From the NCBI GenBank assembly GCA_032718475.1, contig JAUCBJ010002087.1, forward strand, positions 1 through 64,000: a DNA stretch of 64,000 nt. Direction: 5' to 3'. Under the pieces are notes generated by a model, which was not told the origin of the DNA, searched no databases, and saw only the letters and a program-made list of their open reading frames with translations. The stretch's first letter is position 1, and each line of letters opens with the position of its first letter. Source of the stretch: Nemertoderma westbladi (Eukaryota; Animalia; Xenacoelomorpha). Positions 59,325 to 64,000 of this stretch are shown here, one piece after another. The translations under genes and the position numbers were made by a program.

Positions 59325-60955
59325 AAAAAATTGTTGGGCTAGAAACAATTGAAGAAGGGGTAACAAGGCGCCCTGAATCGAGTGGCACAGGACGGTGTGT
59401 TTTTTGTAAAAACACGAGGAAACGCAAACGGTCGAAATGGCGGGTTTATTAAGTAAGCGCGGGAAGACAATTTTGAAAGGCGGCTGTGACTGGCTGCTAC
59501 CGGTAAAGAATTTGAGGTCACTACAATGTGCTTTGTCTCTGATTCTGATAGTTTCTTATCTTGGTTTATATAAAGATTGATAAAATGCTGGTTGTAATTT
59601 TAAAAACTAGAGTTGATTACCGGTATATGCTACCTAACTAACCACTAACAGTCTCATAAACCTACATATTATTATAACATAGACATATGTACGACCGGGA
59701 TTCAGGGATGACATATTCCGGTCCAGTCGACAAGTAATGTACAATATGCTGCCGGTAAAAAACAACTGTCAGATTTTGTTTATCCTGTTAGCGATAAAGG
59801 CCATAGTTCTGAGTTCCAAGCTGTATTGAATACGGTAAGGCCTACAGATTAGATTTACTACTGTATATGCAGTAAGGGGCCGTCCAAGTATGACGTCAGC
59901 ACTTTAGGGGTTGGGAAAATCTGATGACGTGCTGATGTGGGGAGGGGAGGGGGTCAGCCAAAATCTGACGTCAGCATGTTTATTTATAGGTGCTAGAAGA
60001 GATATAGCAGAAGAGTAAATAGCTTGCCTATTTTAATTGTTCGAAGCCCCCGAAGGCCTGTAGCACGACCTTCTGTTTCAGTTACCAGTCACCATGTTTC
60101 AGTGATTAGGACGCGTGCTACTGGGGTTCGCCTGAAAATGAAACATTAATCCTAATCCTATTATAATAATTAATTAATATTTTACTATAATAATTAAATA
60201 ATTCATAATTTGATTAAAAATAATAATTGAATGATTTACAAGTGATTATAAATAATCTTCATAATATAATAGTTTATTACAAATTTTTTTTAAATCTGAT
60301 TTAGGGGGGGGGGGGGGGGGGTGGTCAACGCCTATCTGATAACATCTGATTTAGGGGAGGGAGGGGGTCAATATTGTGGGGAAAAGTGCAGACGTCATAC
60401 TTGGACGGCCCCTAATAACACTAAACTTGTACTACTGGTCAGCCACAGCCTGTACTATAATTGTTGGTAGTAGAAGTAGGCTACTCATCAGCTCCTTGGA
60501 ATATTAAAAATGTGTACCAGTCACCACCGGTAGCGCAAGAGCGGTAGGTTTACCTTAATTTATGAAGTAAGACGCAATACTCTGATACTACAATGCAATA
60601 GGATAAGTGCCTGTATACTGGTCAGGCAATCTGCCAAGTTTACACTTGTGAACAGCAATTTATCAATGTTCATCATCATGAATTTAATTAATTGTAGTGT
60701 CAAAAAAACGCGCCAGACACTCCGCTTTCATTTGATATAAGCCACGTGTAAAATGATTGCAATTAAATGTGTATTTGAATGGATCGAAAATCACCCTCCA
60801 TAAAAATCAAGATAAAAAACTATCAGAGCACTTTGTAGTGACGACACATCTGAAGCAGCCAATCACAGCCGATTTGCAGAATTGGCTTTCCGCGCTTATT
60901 TAAACCTTTCCCTCGTGTTTTTACAAAAAACGCTTCTAGCCCAACATTTTTTTCG
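59325..60955. mobile_element. Old element or repeat pair with diverged ~150-250 bp inverted arms
   Basis: 59325-59570 (TGTTGGGCTAGAA...TTTTTGTAAAAACACGAGG...TAAGCGCGG...CGGCTGTGA.TGGCTGCT...TCACTACAA.GTGCT...CTGATAGTTT.TTATCTTG) is mirrored at 60800-60955. Confidence 0.6.
59876..60412. mobile_element. PIF/Harbinger (Tourist-like) MITE, 537 bp
   Basis: Perfect 22-bp TIR GGGGCCGTCCAAGTATGACGTC (30 bp with 1 mismatch) and a 3-bp TAA TSD on both sides (59873-59875, 60413-60415). Non-coding. Confidence 0.9.
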
Positions 60956-62289
60956 CGCACGAACCCCATTTTTGTAGTTACTTAATATTTAACGATATTT
61001 ACTACGATATTTAATTAGTTACATTTTGCATTGACAGACCAAGATATATAATTATTATACCAAACTATCATTTATTTTATAGCGGTGAATTAATATTCTT
61101 TAAGTTAATAGTTAATACCATATTATTATTATTACCGCATGGAAAGAGATTGGCATACGTTATTGGCATACAACAAGAATTATTAAATTTAATAAATTAT
61201 CAAACATCAAAGGAACTAACATTGTGATTATACTAAAGTCAAAACCTAAATGTATAATGATGTATAAAGGAGCCTAGCGGAATGAACTATTATGTAATAT
61301 ATTAGCTGTTTACTACATAATTAATAATTTACCTTAAACTTCGTAATATCACGTTTTAGAACAAATAAAGGTCTTAAGATATTTGCAAATACACCAAGGA
61401 CATAATATGATCATTTCCCATCTACAGTATGCAGTTTCATCAAGTTGCTAGTCTAGGTCATGTTGTGAACTTGTACAAATAATACTGTAGGTTAGAGGTA
61501 TCATTACACCAAATACTTAAATATATAAACTATGGATATTATGTATATTACTTATGTACACCATGACCCGTAATATATTGTCAATTTGTTGTTGACACGG
61601 ACCTCCCCCCCCCCCCCCCAGATTTTTCTTCAAATCTTTTATCATATTGCTTGAAATTTGAAAGAGAGCTAGTTAAACCCACCGACTTTGTCCCCATGAA
61701 TTCATAATTTTCGATGTTGCCTTTAAATTTTTTATAAAAGTTTATAAAAAAAGTGTCTATTGCTAAATCGCACTCATTTACGCATCATTCACTCATCGCT
61801 CACTCTCGCATCCCATTTATTCCCATTATCAAAGGAATGCTTGGGTTAATATCTGAATTTCGATGAGAAACAGCTGAGACATGCAGCTGAAACGGCTAAA
61901 TATGAGTTTGTTAATCAACTATAATTATACCCAATTTCGTAGCATAATTTATTGAAATTTGAAATAAAAATAGAGGGGGGGGGGGGGGGGGGGGGGGGGG
62001 GGTTGGCTCTGACTTGCTAAAAATGGTTGTTGTATTAATCGATATGATGTACATGAGGAAATAATACTAATTGCAGATGAGGCAGCCAAAACAATTCAAC
62101 ACTTAAATCATAATGGGCTGGGGGAAGATGGATTTATAAAGTATTTGGTTAAACACGGAGTGTACCATGAATTACGTGATTGTGAAAAACACATGATAAA
62201 TCGAATTCCAGTGGGTTTGATCGTAACACTCCTATTTGTATTGGACAAATCATCATTTGAATTTGATAATTTTTTAGACTCGTTAAGCC

Positions 62290-62635
62290 AAGATCACCCA
62301 TGGTGGTGAACAGGTATTCCATTGGGAAACAGAGTGGAAGGGTTTACTGTGGAAGATCACCCGTGGTGGTGAAGAGGCGTTCCTTAAAGGTAACAGAGTT
62401 GAAGGGTTTACTGTGGAAAATCACCCATGGTGCTGAACATACATTCTTTTAGGAAACAAAGTGGAAGGGTTTACAATGGAAGATCAACCATGGTGGTGAA
62501 CAGGTATTCCATTGGGAAACAGAGTGGAAGGGTTTACAATGGAAGATCAACCATGGTGGTGAACAGGTATTCCATTGGGAAACAGAGTGGAAGGGTTTAC
62601 TGTGGAAGATCAACCATGGTGGTGAAGATGCATTC
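62290..62635. repeat. 63-bp minisatellite, ~5.5 copies
   Basis: GGAAGATCAACCATGGTGGTGAACAGGTATTCCATTGGGAAACAGAGTGGAAGGGTTTACAAT at 62478, 62541 and 62604, plus diverged copies upstream. Confidence 0.9.
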
Positions 62636-62819
62636 CCTGGATTAACGACTCTAAAAGATTCTCCCATTCAATAATTCGTTTCCATAAAACATTTACAATA
62701 TATTACAGTATTATGTAGTTATGGAAAGTACCGGTAACAATATAAAATGAGTATGAGTAAACAACCTGTGGGTCTTTTTGGGACCAATTAATATTTTATA
62801 CACGATATTATTTCTGTAT

Positions 62820-63822
62820 TTACACATTAGACCTACTTTTTCTTACTCTGTGATAAAATTGATAAACAACCGAGAAGTCCTTTCCATCATAACCACTGGC
62901 GACCAACAGTCTGTACAAAGAATGGGCCAACCCACCCAAAGGGGTTGGGCACGCATTAGCGGTGGCGGCGTCCTGTGCAATCCCCAAATCCTTGAGCATC
63001 AAGGCAGCCCCGAAGCCACCCTCGTAACCTCGCCCACTGGGTACACCTTCTACAATGCCCGGGACAGGGTTATACACCTCCGAGGCCCAACATCGACCGC
63101 TCGAACTATTAATAACCCGCGCCAACACAACCGGATCCAATCCCAATTTCTCCCCGAGGTTCATTGCTTCTGAGGTACCAATCATTGATATCCTAACAAC
63201 ATATTGTTACATATTTTTGCGGCCTGTCCTGAGCCAACTTGTTCACCACAATGGACTACGTTTTTACCATTAATTTCAGTAGCGGTTCAATTAAACCGAA
63301 TTCTTTATCGCGTCCACCTACCATGAAGGTAATAGCGGCGTTCTCTGCCGCCACAACGCCGCCCGACACAGGTGCGTCCAGATAAGTGGCGCCGGAATCG
63401 CCACATATGAGCGCCACATCTCGCGACACTTGGGGGTCGATAGTGGATGAATCAATTAAAATAGATCCGGGGCGAACCGACGACAATATACCACTGGTTC
63501 CGTTCAGATAAACCTCCTTGACGTTGCCACTGTTTGGTAGCATTGTGACTACGAGGTCTACAGCAGCAGCCACCTCCATGGGACTACCGAGTACTGTAGC
63601 TCCCCGCTGGGCGGCGTCCTCGAGCGCGCTAGGGTTTACGTCGTACGCAAACAAAGCATGGCCTTCCTTCATTAAATTGTTAGCCATGTGACGGCCCATG
63701 TTCCCCAATCCAATAAAGCCGATTGGAGTTTTGTCTGATATTTTGCCATATGAACGTCGAAATTTGGTTAATCGCCGAGAATTGTTTGCAAAACAAGTAA
63801 TAATTTTCTTGACACTCAACAT
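62820..63822 (-). CDS. HIBADH: 3-hydroxyisobutyrate dehydrogenase, mitochondrial; intronless, with two 1-bp frameshifts (assembly error or young pseudogene)
   Basis: Motifs IGFIGLGNMG, IDSSTIDP, DAPVSGG, FMVGG, GSGQAAKICNNMLL and MLKDLGIA. Adding one G at 63267-63268 (ATG GGT AAA AAC) and one at 63192-63193 (TTA GGx ATA TCA ATG) gives one continuous ORF. Confidence 0.88.
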
Positions 63823-64000
63823 AATTTTGTAATTGTAATAATGTAAGCAATACAGAAATACGGAAATCTTGAATACACAGATCTGCAGATACCAGGATAT
63901 CAGGGATACAGGGCTGCAGTTCAGCAGATTCTTACAGCAATACTACACTACAGTACTGGTTCCCTAGCCTAGCACCAACAGTACCGGTATGTGCGGTATG

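Noticed and set aside
62427-62667. Repetitive 72-aa ORFs on both strands
   Set aside because: By-product of a 63-bp (multiple of 3) minisatellite.
63186-63270. Small intron explaining the HIBADH frame break (GTAAAA at 63267)
   Set aside because: The intervening sequence encodes the conserved KNVVHCG..GSGQAAKICNNMLL segment, so it must be exonic.

Overview
AT-rich, intron-poor invertebrate (metazoan) nuclear DNA. There are three host genes, all on the minus strand: an intronless prominin (4058-6883), mitochondrial NADP-isocitrate dehydrogenase IDH2 with one 163-bp intron (57319-58840), and an intronless HIBADH carrying two single-base frameshifts (62820-63822). Half of the window is one nested retrotransposon stack (12078-43931, TSD CCACA). 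The outer element is a minus-strand BEL/Pao element with ~2.15-kb LTRs. Three younger elements sit inside those LTRs: a CsRN1-like Ty3/Gypsy element (13455-17810), a 5'-truncated LINE (29401-30020) and a second, non-autonomous BEL/Pao element (31039-42864). The most striking observation is that neither BEL/Pao element has a tRNA primer-binding site. In each, the 10-11 nt immediately after the 5' LTR are the exact reverse complement of a segment inside its own LTR. This is the geometry of Tf1-type self-priming, which I know only from the Ty3/Gypsy Tf1/sushi lineage. Both BEL elements also share a minimal GGAGCGG plus-strand primer site and carry a non-env accessory ORF 3' of gag-pol. The window also holds an ~8-kb two-variant 17-bp minisatellite (source of the spurious 2,400-2,500-aa ORFs) split by an RTE fragment, several MITEs and decayed LINE/SINE remnants. 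All calls come from reading the sequence by eye; no database searches were run.
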